From contig OZ241369.1 of assembly GCA_965200215.1 (NCBI GenBank), positions 2,121,534 to 2,185,533 of the forward strand: 64,000 nucleotides of DNA. Direction: 5' to 3'. The stretch comes from Alphaproteobacteria bacterium. GTDB taxonomy: Bacteria; Pseudomonadota; Alphaproteobacteria; SP197. Made by a program: the position numbers and the translations under genes. Shown piece by piece: positions 37,222-46,630 of the stretch (the stretch's first letter is position 1; the number at the start of each line of letters is the position of its first letter). The notes below the pieces were generated by a model. The model was not told the DNA's origin. It did not search any database and worked only from the letters and a program-made list of their open reading frames with translations.

Positions 37222-38988
37222 TCAGCCGTCGCGCAGATCGACCCCGACATAGCTGCCGGGCGCGTCTTCCAGGGCGTCCAGGCCGCCCGCGCCCGGCTCG
37301 CGGGCCGCCATCATGGCGCCCGACCGCGCCGCCAGCCACGCCTGCCAGTGAGGCCACCAGGAGCCTTCCCGCTCCTCGGCGCCCGCCAGCCAGGCACAGG
37401 CGTCGGCCGGCGTCTCGTCGCTGGTCCAGAAGCCGTAGCGCCTTTTGGCCGGCGGGTTGACGACGCCCGCCACATGGCCGGATCTGGCCAGCGTGAAGAC
37501 GGTCGGCCCGCCCAGCAGGCCGGTGGCCCTGTAGGCGGAGGCCCAGGGCGCGATGTGGTCCTCGCGGGCGGCCAGGACATAGGCCGGGATGCGGATGCGC
37601 GCCAGGTCCAGCTTCGTGCCGCCCAGGGCGAGGGCGCCGGGGGTGGAAAGCGCGTTTTCGAGATAGAACCGGCGCAGATATTCGCTGTGCATGGCCGCCG
37701 GCAGGCGGGTGGAATCGCTGTTCCAGTAGAGGATGTCGAAGGGCGGCGGCTCCTTGCCCAGAAGGTAGTTGTCGACCACGAAGGACCACACCAGATCGTT
37801 GGCGCGCAGGGCGCTGAAGGCGCCCGCCATCTGCGTGCCCTCGAAATAGCCCTGCCTGGCCATCGCCCGCTCGATCGCCGCCACCTGTCGCTCGTCGATG
37901 AAGATACCGATCTCGCCCACCTCCTCGAAATCCACCAGGGTCGTAAGGAAGGTGGCCGAAGCGATGCGCCGGTCGCCGGCGGCCGCCATATGGGCGAGCG
38001 CGCAGGCCAGCAGGGTGCCGCCGATGCAGTAGCCCAGCGCGTTGACGCGCCTCTCGCCGGTCGCCCGCCGCACCGCCTCCAGGGCCGCCAGCGGTCCTTC
38101 GAGCATGTAGTCCTCGAAGGTCTTGTGGGCGAGCGAAGCGTCCGGGTTCACCCAGGAGACGACGAACACCGTGTGGCCCTCGCCCACCAGCCAGCGGACG
38201 AAGGAGTTCTCCGGCCGCAGGTCGAGGATGTAGTATTTGTTGATCCAGGGCGGGACGATCAGCAGCGGGCGGCGGTGGACGCGCCCGGTCGCCGGCGCCA
38301 ATTGCAGCAGCTGCATGAGATCGTTCTGGAACACCACCTTGCCCGGCGTCGTCGCCAGATCCCTGCCCAGCCGGAAGGCGTCGCGCCCGACCATGCGGAC
38401 GCCGCGGCCGCCCTCGAGGTCTTGCAGCAGGTTGTCCAGGCCGCGCACCAGGTTCTCGCCCCGGCTTTCGGCCGTCGCCCGCAGCACTTCGGGATTGGTG
38501 GCGGCGAAATTGGTGGGCGAAAGGGCATCGGCATACTGCCTGGTGTAGAACGCCAGCTTGCGCCGGTCGTCGTCGGCCAGGCCGTCCACACCGGCCATCG
38601 TCTCCTGCAGCCAGGCGGCGGAGATGAGATAGGACTGCTTGATGTGGTCGAAGACGGCGTTCTCGGTCCACGCCGCATCGCGGAAGCGGCGGTCGCCGCG
38701 TTCGGGCACCGCCACCGGCGGCGCCTCGTCGCCGGCGAGGCGCCGCGCGGTGGCCTGCCACAGCGCCATGTGCCTGGCCCACAGGTCGGCCTGGGCGCGG
38801 GCCAGCGCGGCCGGGTCGGCGGCCAGGGCCGCCTGGGCGCGCAGGGCGAGCGCCGCCAGGCGCATGGCGGCCTCGAAATGCTCCCCGGCGCCGTCGCTGC
38901 GCGCCAGGAAGGCGGAAACCGCCCGCCGGCTGCGCTCGGCGATGGCCTGCCAGTCCTCCGGCCCCAGCGGCGGGCGCGTGTCGCTCAT
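37222..38988 (-). CDS. phaC: Class I poly(R)-hydroxyalkanoate synthase
   Basis: 589 aa with the PhaC N-terminal domain, the lipase-box-like GYCIGG and a conserved C-terminal alpha/beta fold. The start is ATG 38988. The track ORF 37222-39663 over-extends. Confidence 0.9.
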   Translation of the reverse strand: MSDTRPPLGPEDWQAIAERSRRAVSAFLARSDGAGEHFEAAMRLAALALRAQAALAADPAALARAQADLWARHMALWQATARRLAGDEAPPVAVPERGDRRFRDAAWTENAVFDHIKQSYLISAAWLQETMAGVDGLADDDRRKLAFYTRQYADALSPTNFAATNPEVLRATAESRGENLVRGLDNLLQDLEGGRGVRMVGRDAFRLGRDLATTPGKVVFQNDLMQLLQLAPATGRVHRRPLLIVPPWINKYYILDLRPENSFVRWLVGEGHTVFVVSWVNPDASLAHKTFEDYMLEGPLAALEAVRRATGERRVNALGYCIGGTLLACALAHMAAAGDRRIASATFLTTLVDFEEVGEIGIFIDERQVAAIERAMARQGYFEGTQMAGAFSALRANDLVWSFVVDNYLLGKEPPPFDILYWNSDSTRLPAAMHSEYLRRFYLENALSTPGALALGGTKLDLARIRIPAYVLAAREDHIAPWASAYRATGLLGGPTVFTLARSGHVAGVVNPPAKRRYGFWTSDETPADACAWLAGAEEREGSWWPHWQAWLAARSGAMMAAREPGAGGLDALEDAPGSYVGVDLRDG

Positions 38989-39101
38989 GGTCCGTGCTCC
39001 TCCCCTGGCGCGGTTGTCGGGCGGGTCGGATAGCGATAGCGTGCCGGTGCCGCCCTTGCGGGGATATACATGCGATTGTGCACCGCAGCAAAGGCCGTTC
39101 C

Positions 39102-39341
39102 GTGACCGTCCCGCCGCCACGGGCAGCGGCGCTGGCCGGCCTTCTCCTCTTCGCCCCGGCCGCCCCCTCGGCGGACGAGCAGGGCTGGCCTTCGCTGGCC
39201 GATGTGCCGCCGCGCCCCGAAACCATGGCGTCGGCCGAGGAGATGGCCCGCCTGGCCGAGAGGCTGGCGGCGCTGGGCGACGAGGCCCGCCGCCGCGCCG
39301 CCCTCCTGCGCGCCGCCGACCGCCCCGACGACGGGCGATGA
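39102..39341 (+). CDS. Small hypothetical secreted protein (~79 aa)
   Basis: The predicted signal peptide AAALAGLLLFAPAAPSA is followed by an Ala/Arg-rich helical region. It ends 3 nt before hom. GTG start assumed. Confidence 0.4.
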   Translation: MTVPPPRAAALAGLLLFAPAAPSADEQGWPSLADVPPRPETMASAEEMARLAERLAALGDEARRRAALLRAADRPDDGR

Positions 39342-40612
39342 CGCCGCTTCGCATCGGCATCGCCGGCCTGGGCACGGTCGGCTGCGGCGTCGTGGAGGCC
39401 CTGCAGCGGCGCCGGGGCGGCGGCCCGGCGCTGGAGATCGCCGCCGTTTGCGCCCGCGACCGCCAACGCCGGCGCAAGGTGGACCTTTCGCCCTTCCGCT
39501 GGCTGGACGATGCGCGGGCGCTGGCCACGGAACCCGGCATCGACGCGGTGGTGGAGGCCATCGGCGGCGCCGACGGCATCGCCCTGGAGCTGGTCGAAGC
39601 CGCGCTGGGCGCCGGGCGGCACGTGGTCACCGCCAACAAGGCGCTGCTGGCGCTCCACGGCACCAGGCTGGCGCAGCTGACCGATGCGGCCGGCGTCCAT
39701 GTCGGCTACGAGGCGGCCGTGGCCGGCGGCATCCCCATCGTCAAGGCCCTGCGCGAAGGGCTGGCCGCCAACCGCATCAAGCGGCTCTACGGCATCCTCA
39801 ACGGCACTTCGAACTATGTCGTGACGGCGATGCGCGAACGGGGCCTGCCCTTCGCCGAAGCGCTCGCCCAGGCGCAGCGGCTGGGCTATGCCGAGGCCGA
39901 TCCGACCCTCGATGTCGGCGGCGGCGATGCCGCCCACAAGCTCGCCGTCCTGGCGGCGCTGGCCTTCCGCCGCCCGGTCGATTTCGCCGCCGTCCACATC
40001 GAGGGCATCGACGCCATCGCGCCGATGGATTTCGCCTTCGCCGAGGAATTCGGCTACCGCATCAAGCTGCTGGCCATCGCGCAGCGCACGCCCGCCGGCA
40101 TCGAACAGCGGGTCCATCCCTGCATGGTGCCGCTCGCGGGCCCCATCGCCCATGTCGAAGGCGTGTTCAACGCCGTGGTGGTGGAGGGCGACCTCTGCGG
40201 CCCGGTCACCCTGGTCGGGAGCGGCGCCGGTGCCGGGCCGACGGCCTCGGCGGTGGTGGCGGATCTGATCGACATCGCCGGCGGCGCCAGGCTGCCGCTG
40301 GCGGGGGTGCCGGCGGCGGCGCTGCGGCCCTCCCCGGCGGCGCCGATCTCGGAGCGCCTGGGCGCCTGCTACATGCGGCTGACGGTGATCGACCGCCCGG
40401 GCGTCATCGCCGACATCGCGGCCATCCTGCGCGACGAGGCGATCTCGGTGGAAAGCCTGGTGCAGCGCGGGCGCGCCCCCGGCGAAACGGTGCCGGTGGC
40501 GATGGTCACCCACGAGGCCCGCGAAGCCGCCGTCGCCCGCGCCCGGCGGCGCATCGCCGGCCTGGACGCGGTGGCCGAGGCGCCGCTGACCATCCGCATC
40601 GAGCAGCTGTGA
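39338..40612 (+). CDS. hom: Homoserine dehydrogenase
   Basis: N-terminus IGIAGLGTVGCGV, a conserved catalytic region and a C-terminal ACT domain. Confidence 0.9.
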   Translation: MTPLRIGIAGLGTVGCGVVEALQRRRGGGPALEIAAVCARDRQRRRKVDLSPFRWLDDARALATEPGIDAVVEAIGGADGIALELVEAALGAGRHVVTANKALLALHGTRLAQLTDAAGVHVGYEAAVAGGIPIVKALREGLAANRIKRLYGILNGTSNYVVTAMRERGLPFAEALAQAQRLGYAEADPTLDVGGGDAAHKLAVLAALAFRRPVDFAAVHIEGIDAIAPMDFAFAEEFGYRIKLLAIAQRTPAGIEQRVHPCMVPLAGPIAHVEGVFNAVVVEGDLCGPVTLVGSGAGAGPTASAVVADLIDIAGGARLPLAGVPAAALRPSPAAPISERLGACYMRLTVIDRPGVIADIAAILRDEAISVESLVQRGRAPGETVPVAMVTHEAREAAVARARRRIAGLDAVAEAPLTIRIEQL

Positions 40613-40695
40613 GGCCGCCGGCCTGTTGATGGATGGCGCCTGGCGCGGGCGACAGCCCCCGCCCGCCCGGCTAGCATCCGGGCGGAGGGAAGGCC

Positions 40696-41667
40696 ATGGC
40701 TCTCGACGATGCTCTCGCTCTCGATGCCGTGCGCGTCTGCGAGGCGGCGGCCGTCGCTGCCGCCGGCCATATCGGGCGTGGCGACGAGAAGGCTGCCGAC
40801 CGGGCGGCGGTGGACGCCATGCGCGCCGTCCTCAACCGGCTCGCCATCCGCGCCCGGGTGGCGATCGGCGAGGGCGAGCGCGACCGGGCGCCGATGCTCT
40901 ATATCGGCGAGGAGGTCGGCAGCGGCAGCGGCGCCGGCATCGACATCGCGCTCGACCCCCTGGAAGGCACCACCATCTGCGCCACCGGCGGGGCCAATGC
41001 GCTGGCCGTGCTGGCCTTCGCCGAGAGGGGCGGTTTCCTGCACGCGCCCGACACCTATATGGAGAAGATCGCCGTGGGCGGCGGCCTGCCGGCGGGCGTG
41101 GTCGGCCTCGACCGGACGCCGGCCGACAATCTGGCCCGCCTGGCGGCCGCCAGGGGCGGGAAGGTGGCCGAACTGACGGTCACCATTCTCGACCGGCCGC
41201 GCCACCGGGCGCTGATCGCCGCCGTGCGGGAGGCCGGCGCGCGCGTCCGGCTGATCCGCGACGGCGACGTAGCGGGCGTCATCGCCACCGCCCGCCCGGA
41301 GACCGGCACCGACCTCTACATGGGCACCGGCGGCGCCCCCGAAGGCGTGCTGGCGGCGGCGGCGCTGCGCTGCATCGGCGGCCAGTTCCAGGGCCGCCTG
41401 GCCTTCCGCAACGACGAGGAGAAAGCCCGCGCCCGCGCCATGGGCATCGCCGATGCGGCGGCAATCTACGACGCGGAGGCGCTGGCGGGGGGCGATGTCG
41501 TCTTCGCGGCCACCGGCGTCACCGATGGCTGGATGCTGAAGGGCGTGCACCGCGACGGCGCCGGGCTTGCCACCCAGTCCATCGTCATGCGCTCGGCGAG
41601 CGGCACGGTGCGCATCGTCTCCGCCTGGCACGATCCGGCGCGCAAGAGCTTCGCCGCGACGGCCTGA
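40696..41667 (+). CDS. glpX: Class II fructose-1,6-bisphosphatase
   Basis: 323 aa with GlpX-family motifs (DPLEGTT, GGAPEGV). Confidence 0.9.
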   Translation: MALDDALALDAVRVCEAAAVAAAGHIGRGDEKAADRAAVDAMRAVLNRLAIRARVAIGEGERDRAPMLYIGEEVGSGSGAGIDIALDPLEGTTICATGGANALAVLAFAERGGFLHAPDTYMEKIAVGGGLPAGVVGLDRTPADNLARLAAARGGKVAELTVTILDRPRHRALIAAVREAGARVRLIRDGDVAGVIATARPETGTDLYMGTGGAPEGVLAAAALRCIGGQFQGRLAFRNDEEKARARAMGIADAAAIYDAEALAGGDVVFAATGVTDGWMLKGVHRDGAGLATQSIVMRSASGTVRIVSAWHDPARKSFAATA

Positions 41668-41677
41668 GGAGGGTGCG

Positions 41678-43486
41678 ATGTCGTGCCAGGCGCAGGCGGC
41701 GCCCGCCTTTCTGGGGGTGGAACGATCGCTGGGCGGGCGGCGCTGGGTGGGCCGCCTGACGGACGAGCGCGCCGCCCTGGCCCTGGCGCAGCGCCTCGAT
41801 CTGCCGGAGGCGGTGGCGCGGGTGCTGGCGGCGCGCGGCATCGGCGCCGAGGACGCCCCCGCCTGGCTGGCGCCGCGCCTGCGCCGCGCGCTCCCCGACC
41901 CGGCGGTGCTGGCGGATATGGAGCGCGCGGCCCGCCGCCTCGCCGATGCCGTGGAGGCGGGCGAGGCGGTCGGCATTTTCGGCGATTACGACGTCGACGG
42001 CGCCACTTCGGCGGCGCTGCTGGCGCGCTATCTCGAAGCCGTCGGCGGCCGCGCCGAGATCCACATCCCCGACCGCAGGAAGGAAGGCTACGGGCCCAGC
42101 TTCCCCGCCCTGGAGGCGCTGCGGGAACGCGGCGCGGGGCCGATCGTCACCGTCGATTGCGGCACCGCCGCCTTCGAGCCGCTGCGCCTTGCGGCGGCGG
42201 CGGGCATCGAGGTGATCGTGCTCGATCACCACCTGGCCGGCGAGGCGCTGCCGGCGGCCTTCGCCGTCGTCAACCCCAACCGGGCGGACGACGGCAGCGG
42301 CCTGGGGACGCTGGCGGCGGTGGGCGTGACCTTCATGGCGGTGGTGGCGCTCAACCGGGAGCTGCGCCGGCGCGGCCGCTTCGCCGCCAGGCCCGAACCG
42401 GATGCGCTGGCCTGGCTGGACCTGGTGGCCCTGGGCACGATCTGCGATCAGGTGCCGCTCACCGGCCTCAACCGCGCCTTCGCCGCCCAGGGGCTGAAGG
42501 CGATGGCCGGGCGCGCCAATCCCGGCCTGGCGGCGCTGGCGGATGTGGCCGGCATCGACGAGGCGCCCACCGCCTGGCACGCCGGCTTCGTGCTGGGGCC
42601 GCGCATCAATGCCGGCGGGCGGGTGGGGTCGCCGCATCTGGGCGTCCGCCTGCTCACCGCCCGCGACCCCGATGAGGCCGCCGGCCTGGCGGCCAGGCTC
42701 GACGAGCTGAACGGCACCCGCCGCGCCATCGAAAAGGAGGTGCTGGCGGCGGCGCTGGCGGCGGCCGAGAAGCAGGCCGGGCGAAACTGCATCGTCGTGG
42801 CGGACCGGGGCTGGCATCTCGGCGTCGTCGGCATCGTCGCCAGCCGCATCGTGGAACGCTGCCAGCGCCCGGCCGTCGTGGTGGCGCTGGACGGCGAGGT
42901 CGGCAAGGGGTCCGGGCGCTCGCTGGCCGGCGTCGATCTGGGGCGGGCGGTGGCGGCGGCGCGCTGCGCCGGCCTGCTGACGGCGGGCGGCGGCCACCCC
43001 ATGGCGGCGGGCCTCACCGTCGCCCGCCAGGGGCTGGGGGCGCTGGCCGCCTTCCTGGACGACCGCCTGGCCGACCAGGTGGCGGCGCTGCCGGCTAGGC
43101 CCGAACTCGCCATCGACGGCGCCCTGGCCCCGGCGGCCGCCACGGCCGCGCTGGCGCAGACCGTGGCGGCCACCGGCCCCTTCGGCAGAGGCAATGCCGA
43201 GCCGCGTTTCGCCGTCATGCACGCCCGCATCGTCCACGCCCAGGAGACCGCCGGCGGCCATGTGCGCTGCATCGCGGCCGGCGGCGATGGCGGGCGCGTG
43301 AAGGCCATCGCCTTCGGCGCCGGCGGCGGCCCCACCGGCGACGCCCTTCTGGCCCGCGACGGGCGCGACCTGCACCTGGCGGGCCATCTGCGGCTGAACC
43401 GCTGGCAGGGGGCGGAACGGGTGCAGTTCGTGGTGGAGGACGCGGCCGGTGCCGGCGAAGCGCCCGCCCGCCGCCACGACGCCTGA
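41678..43486 (+). CDS. recJ: Single-stranded-DNA-specific exonuclease RecJ
   Basis: DHH phosphoesterase motifs (GDYDVDGATS, VLDHH), a DHHA1 domain and a C-terminal OB-like region. Confidence 0.9.
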   Translation: MSCQAQAAPAFLGVERSLGGRRWVGRLTDERAALALAQRLDLPEAVARVLAARGIGAEDAPAWLAPRLRRALPDPAVLADMERAARRLADAVEAGEAVGIFGDYDVDGATSAALLARYLEAVGGRAEIHIPDRRKEGYGPSFPALEALRERGAGPIVTVDCGTAAFEPLRLAAAAGIEVIVLDHHLAGEALPAAFAVVNPNRADDGSGLGTLAAVGVTFMAVVALNRELRRRGRFAARPEPDALAWLDLVALGTICDQVPLTGLNRAFAAQGLKAMAGRANPGLAALADVAGIDEAPTAWHAGFVLGPRINAGGRVGSPHLGVRLLTARDPDEAAGLAARLDELNGTRRAIEKEVLAAALAAAEKQAGRNCIVVADRGWHLGVVGIVASRIVERCQRPAVVVALDGEVGKGSGRSLAGVDLGRAVAAARCAGLLTAGGGHPMAAGLTVARQGLGALAAFLDDRLADQVAALPARPELAIDGALAPAAATAALAQTVAATGPFGRGNAEPRFAVMHARIVHAQETAGGHVRCIAAGGDGGRVKAIAFGAGGGPTGDALLARDGRDLHLAGHLRLNRWQGAERVQFVVEDAAGAGEAPARRHDA

Positions 43487-43499
43487 GCGCCGGGAGGCG

Positions 43500-44345
43500 A
43501 TGGCCGGCGACGACGGGAAAGCCCGGATCGTTCTCCATCCCCGGGTGGCGAAAAAGCTGGGCGAGATCGAGAATCAGCGCCACCACCTGGCGGTGCTGAT
43601 CGAGGAGCTCGAAACCCTTCTCCACCGCAAACGCGATGCCCTTCTGGCCCTCTATGCGCGCACCGTGGGCGAGCTGGAATACGAGCTTTTCCGCCTCGAA
43701 GTGGCGATCTCGGAGCTGCGCTACCGGATCGCGTTCCTGCAGAAGGACATCAATCTCGGCAGGACCGTCACGGCCGGGCGCATCGCCGTCCTCGACGGCG
43801 AGGTCGCCGTGGAGTTCGAGAGGAGGAAGGCGGAGATCGAACGCCGGGAGGAGGAGCTGCGCCGTTCCATGGACTACCTCGAGGCTCCGCTCATGCCGCC
43901 GGAAGAGGCGCGGGCGCTGAAGGCCGCCTATCGCCGGCTTTGCAGGAAGCTCCACCCCGATGTCGCCGGCAGCATGTCGCCGTCCCGGCAACGGCAGTGG
44001 CAGCTGGTGCAATATGCCTATCGCGCCGCCGACCTCGAGCTTCTGAGGGCCCTGGAGGAGGGCGTGGGCGGCCCGGCGGAGGACGAGGCGCCGGGCGATC
44101 TCGATGCGGAAGCGAAGCGGCTGGCCGCCCTGATCGAGGCGCAGAAGGAGCGCATCGCCAGGACGATTTCCTCCCCGCCTTTCTGCTATGAGAGCCAATT
44201 GCTGGATGAAGCCTGGGTCGCCGCGAAGCGCCAGGAACTGAAACGCAGGATATCCGCCGGCGAGGCGAGGAAGGAGCATCTGCAGGCACGCCATGACGGC
44301 CTGCTTCCGTCCTCCGGCCGGCCGCATGGAGAGAGCTCGAAATGA
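43500..44345 (+). CDS. J-domain-containing coiled-coil protein
   Basis: 281 aa. Coiled-coil regions flank a central J-domain helix II/III pair with the HPD motif (LKAAYRRLCRKLHPD...WQLVQYAYRAADLELL). Confidence 0.7.
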   Translation: MAGDDGKARIVLHPRVAKKLGEIENQRHHLAVLIEELETLLHRKRDALLALYARTVGELEYELFRLEVAISELRYRIAFLQKDINLGRTVTAGRIAVLDGEVAVEFERRKAEIERREEELRRSMDYLEAPLMPPEEARALKAAYRRLCRKLHPDVAGSMSPSRQRQWQLVQYAYRAADLELLRALEEGVGGPAEDEAPGDLDAEAKRLAALIEAQKERIARTISSPPFCYESQLLDEAWVAAKRQELKRRISAGEARKEHLQARHDGLLPSSGRPHGESSK

Positions 44346-44737
44346 GCACCGGCCTCCAGAAGCAGGACCTGGTCCGGCAGCTCCTGCAGAGAAGCGTCAC
44401 CGGCGCGCCGGTGCAGATTCCCTTCGCGCGCGACATCATGCTGGCCTCGATGCACGTCGCCGGCACGGCCTATTACGAGGCGGCGGCCGTCGCCGGGGGG
44501 CTGCGAAGCGGCCAGCGCCTGACGCTGCGGCGGGAGCCCGGCAACGCCCATGACGCGCTGGCCATCGAGGTGCTGGAGCCGGAAGGGCGCAAGCTGGGCT
44601 ATCTTCCCCGCAGCTGCAATGAGATCCCGGCGCGGCTGATGGACGCCGGCAAGCGGCTGTTTCTGCAATTGGAGACGATCGAACGGTCCGATTCGTGGCT
44701 GGAGATCGGGGTCACCTTGTACATGGGGGATGACTGA
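44342..44737 (+). CDS. HIRAN domain-containing protein (stand-alone, 131 aa)
   Basis: The HIRAN-like core is VAGTAYYEAAAV...GQRLTLRREPGNAHDALAIEVLEPEGRKLGYLPRSCNEIPARLMDAGKRLF. Its start overlaps the stop of the J-domain gene (ATGA). Confidence 0.65.
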   Translation: MSTGLQKQDLVRQLLQRSVTGAPVQIPFARDIMLASMHVAGTAYYEAAAVAGGLRSGQRLTLRREPGNAHDALAIEVLEPEGRKLGYLPRSCNEIPARLMDAGKRLFLQLETIERSDSWLEIGVTLYMGDD

Positions 44738-44954
44738 CTCCCTCCCGGCCCCTCCGCTCGGGAGCCGTCGCCCCGCGGTAGTGCCCCGGTTTGAAAATGA
44801 GCGGGCGCCGTTTGCCACCGCCCCCCAGGCGCCGGCCGAGCGTTCCGCCCCCCGGCGGGCCGTCCGGCCCGCCCACGCACCGTTTCCCCGAGCGCCGGCG
44901 TCCCGCCGGCAAACGGGCCGCAAGGCCTGCCGACGCACCGACCCCCGCTGCCTC

Positions 44955-44983
44955 TTGATTTCAAGGCCCCGAGCCTCTATCCC
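44955..44983 (+). promoter_or_regulatory. Putative sigma70-type promoter for tRNA-Glu (-35 TTGATT, 17-nt spacer, -10 TATCCC)
   Basis: The hexamers are well spaced, and the predicted +1 lies ~10 nt upstream of the tRNA 5' end. Confidence 0.3.
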
Positions 44984-44999
44984 ACCCGCCACCCTTCGC

Positions 45000-45074
45000 G
45001 ACCCCTTCGTCTAGCGGTCAGGACACAACCCTTTCACGGTTGAGACAGGGGTTCGATTCCCCTAGGGGTCGCCA
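45000..45074 (+). tRNA. tRNA-Glu (anticodon UUC), CCA encoded
   Basis: Hand-folded cloverleaf. Acceptor stem GACCCCT/AGGGGTC; D-stem GTCT/GGAC; anticodon stem CAACC/GGTTG with loop CTTTCAC (anticodon TTC); T-arm AGGGG-TTCGATT-CCCCT; discriminator G; 3' CCA. Confidence 0.9.
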
Positions 45075-45316
45075 TGGGCCGGCGGCGCTGGCCGCCCGCC
45101 CCGCCGCCCGTGGACAGCGAGCCATGCCCTGCCCGGACATCGAACGGATCGTCGCTCTCGCCGCCTGGCCGCTGGCCGAAGAGGAAGGCGCCCGCCGCCT
45201 GGCCGCCCGCGCCGGCCGCCGCGGCCGCGACCGCCCCGGCATGACCGGCAGCCCCGGGGTGCGGGCGCCGTTCTGCGGCCGCAGCGCAGCGCTTTCCCCG
45301 CCCGCCTGAGGCGACC

Positions 45317-46630
45317 GTGGCCGCGGCCGGGACGAGGCGGGCAGGGCGCGGCATCGCCGCCTGGTGCCTGTTCGACTGGGCGTCGTCGCCCACGCCCACG
45401 GTGGTCGTCACCTTCGTCTTCGCGCCCTATTTCGCGCGCGCCATCGTCGGCGACGAGGCCCGCGGCCTGGCGCTGTGGAGCTGGGGGATCGCCGCCTCGG
45501 CGCTGGCCATCGCCCTGCTGGCGCCGGTCGTCGGCGCCATCGCCGACCATGCCGGGCGCCGCAAGCCGTGGATCGCCGGCTTCTGCCTGCTGGCGGTCGC
45601 CGCCACCGCCCTGCTGTGGTTCTGTGCTCCTCACGCCGCTTGGCTGCTACCGGCCCTGGTCCTGGTGGCGCTGGTCAACATCGGCTTCGAGACCGGCAGC
45701 GTCTTCTACAACGCCATGCTGGCGGACATCGCCGGGCCGGGGCGCATCGGCCGCCTTTCGGGCTGGGCCTGGGGGCTTGGCTATGGCGGCGGCATCGCCT
45801 GCTTGGCGCTGGCGTATTTCGTCCTGGTCGAGGCCCGGCCGCCGCCGCTGGGCCTCGATCGCGGCGAGGGCGAGCATGTGCGGGCGGTGGCGCCGCTGGT
45901 GGCGCTGTGGTTCCTGCTCTTCGGCTGGCCGCTGTTCGCCTGGACGCCGGACCGCCCGGCCAGGCGCACCAGGCCCGGCGAGGCGGTGCGGGAAGGGCTG
46001 GCCCGGCTGGCGAAGACGGCTCGCGAGCTGCGCCGCCATCGCGTCGTGCTGCGCTTCCTGGCCGCGCGCCTGCTCTATATCGACGGCCTCAACACCCTGT
46101 TCGCGCTGGGCGGGGTCTATGCAGCCACCCAGTTCGCCATGGACGAGGAGCAGGTGCTGGTCTTCGCCATCGCCCTCAACGTCACGGCCGGGCTGGGGGC
46201 GGCCGGCTTCGCCTGGCTGGACGACGGCATCGGCGCCCGCGCCACGCTGACGGCGGCCCTGGCCGGCCTGATCGCCGCCAGCGCGGCGGTGCTGCTGGTG
46301 GAATCGCCGCTGTGGTTCTGGCTGCTGGGCATGGCGCTGGGCATCTTCGTGGGGCCGGTGCAGGCGTCGAGCCGCTCCTTCATGGCGCGCTTGGCCCCGC
46401 CCGACATGGCGGGCGAGATGTTCGGCTTCTTCGCGCTTTCGGGCAAGCTCACCAGCTTCGCCGGGCCGCTGCTGGTGGGCGCCGTCGCCTGGGCCACCGA
46501 CAGCCAGCGCCTGGGCATGGCGGTCATCGTCGTGCTGCTGGCGGCGGGCCTGGTGGTGCTGCGGACGGTGCCGGAGGCGCCGCCCCCGGCAGCGGCGCCG
46601 GGCCCAGAACGCCCATGGCGTGACGCATGA
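45317..46630 (+). CDS. MFS transporter (UMF1/Atg22-like family)
   Basis: 437 aa with ~12 predicted TM helices and typical MFS loops. Confidence 0.8.
   Translation: MAAAGTRRAGRGIAAWCLFDWASSPTPTVVVTFVFAPYFARAIVGDEARGLALWSWGIAASALAIALLAPVVGAIADHAGRRKPWIAGFCLLAVAATALLWFCAPHAAWLLPALVLVALVNIGFETGSVFYNAMLADIAGPGRIGRLSGWAWGLGYGGGIACLALAYFVLVEARPPPLGLDRGEGEHVRAVAPLVALWFLLFGWPLFAWTPDRPARRTRPGEAVREGLARLAKTARELRRHRVVLRFLAARLLYIDGLNTLFALGGVYAATQFAMDEEQVLVFAIALNVTAGLGAAGFAWLDDGIGARATLTAALAGLIAASAAVLLVESPLWFWLLGMALGIFVGPVQASSRSFMARLAPPDMAGEMFGFFALSGKLTSFAGPLLVGAVAWATDSQRLGMAVIVVLLAAGLVVLRTVPEAPPPAAAPGPERPWRDA

Noticed and set aside
38994-39110. Possible SAM-II or other riboswitch in the divergent phaC/hom leader.
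   Set aside because: I could find no sequence or structure match to the SAM-II consensus (or other metabolite riboswitches I know) by eye. Not reported as a feature.
36965-40513. 1182-aa minus-strand ORF covering argC, phaC and hom.
   Set aside because: Spurious. It overlaps three well-supported genes on both strands, and only 37222-38988 is real minus-strand coding (phaC).
44738-44790. GC-rich hairpin (CTCCCGGCCCCTCCGCTCGGGAG) after the HIRAN gene, as a possible terminator.
   Set aside because: No downstream U-tract, and hairpins of this type are frequent by chance in 70% GC DNA. Support is too weak.
45040-45309. 89-aa ORF (MRQGFDSP.../MPCPDIERIV...) between tRNA-Glu and the MFS gene.
   Set aside because: The track ORF overlaps the tRNA. 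The internal start gives only ~60 aa of Ala/Arg-rich sequence with no features, so it is most likely non-coding.
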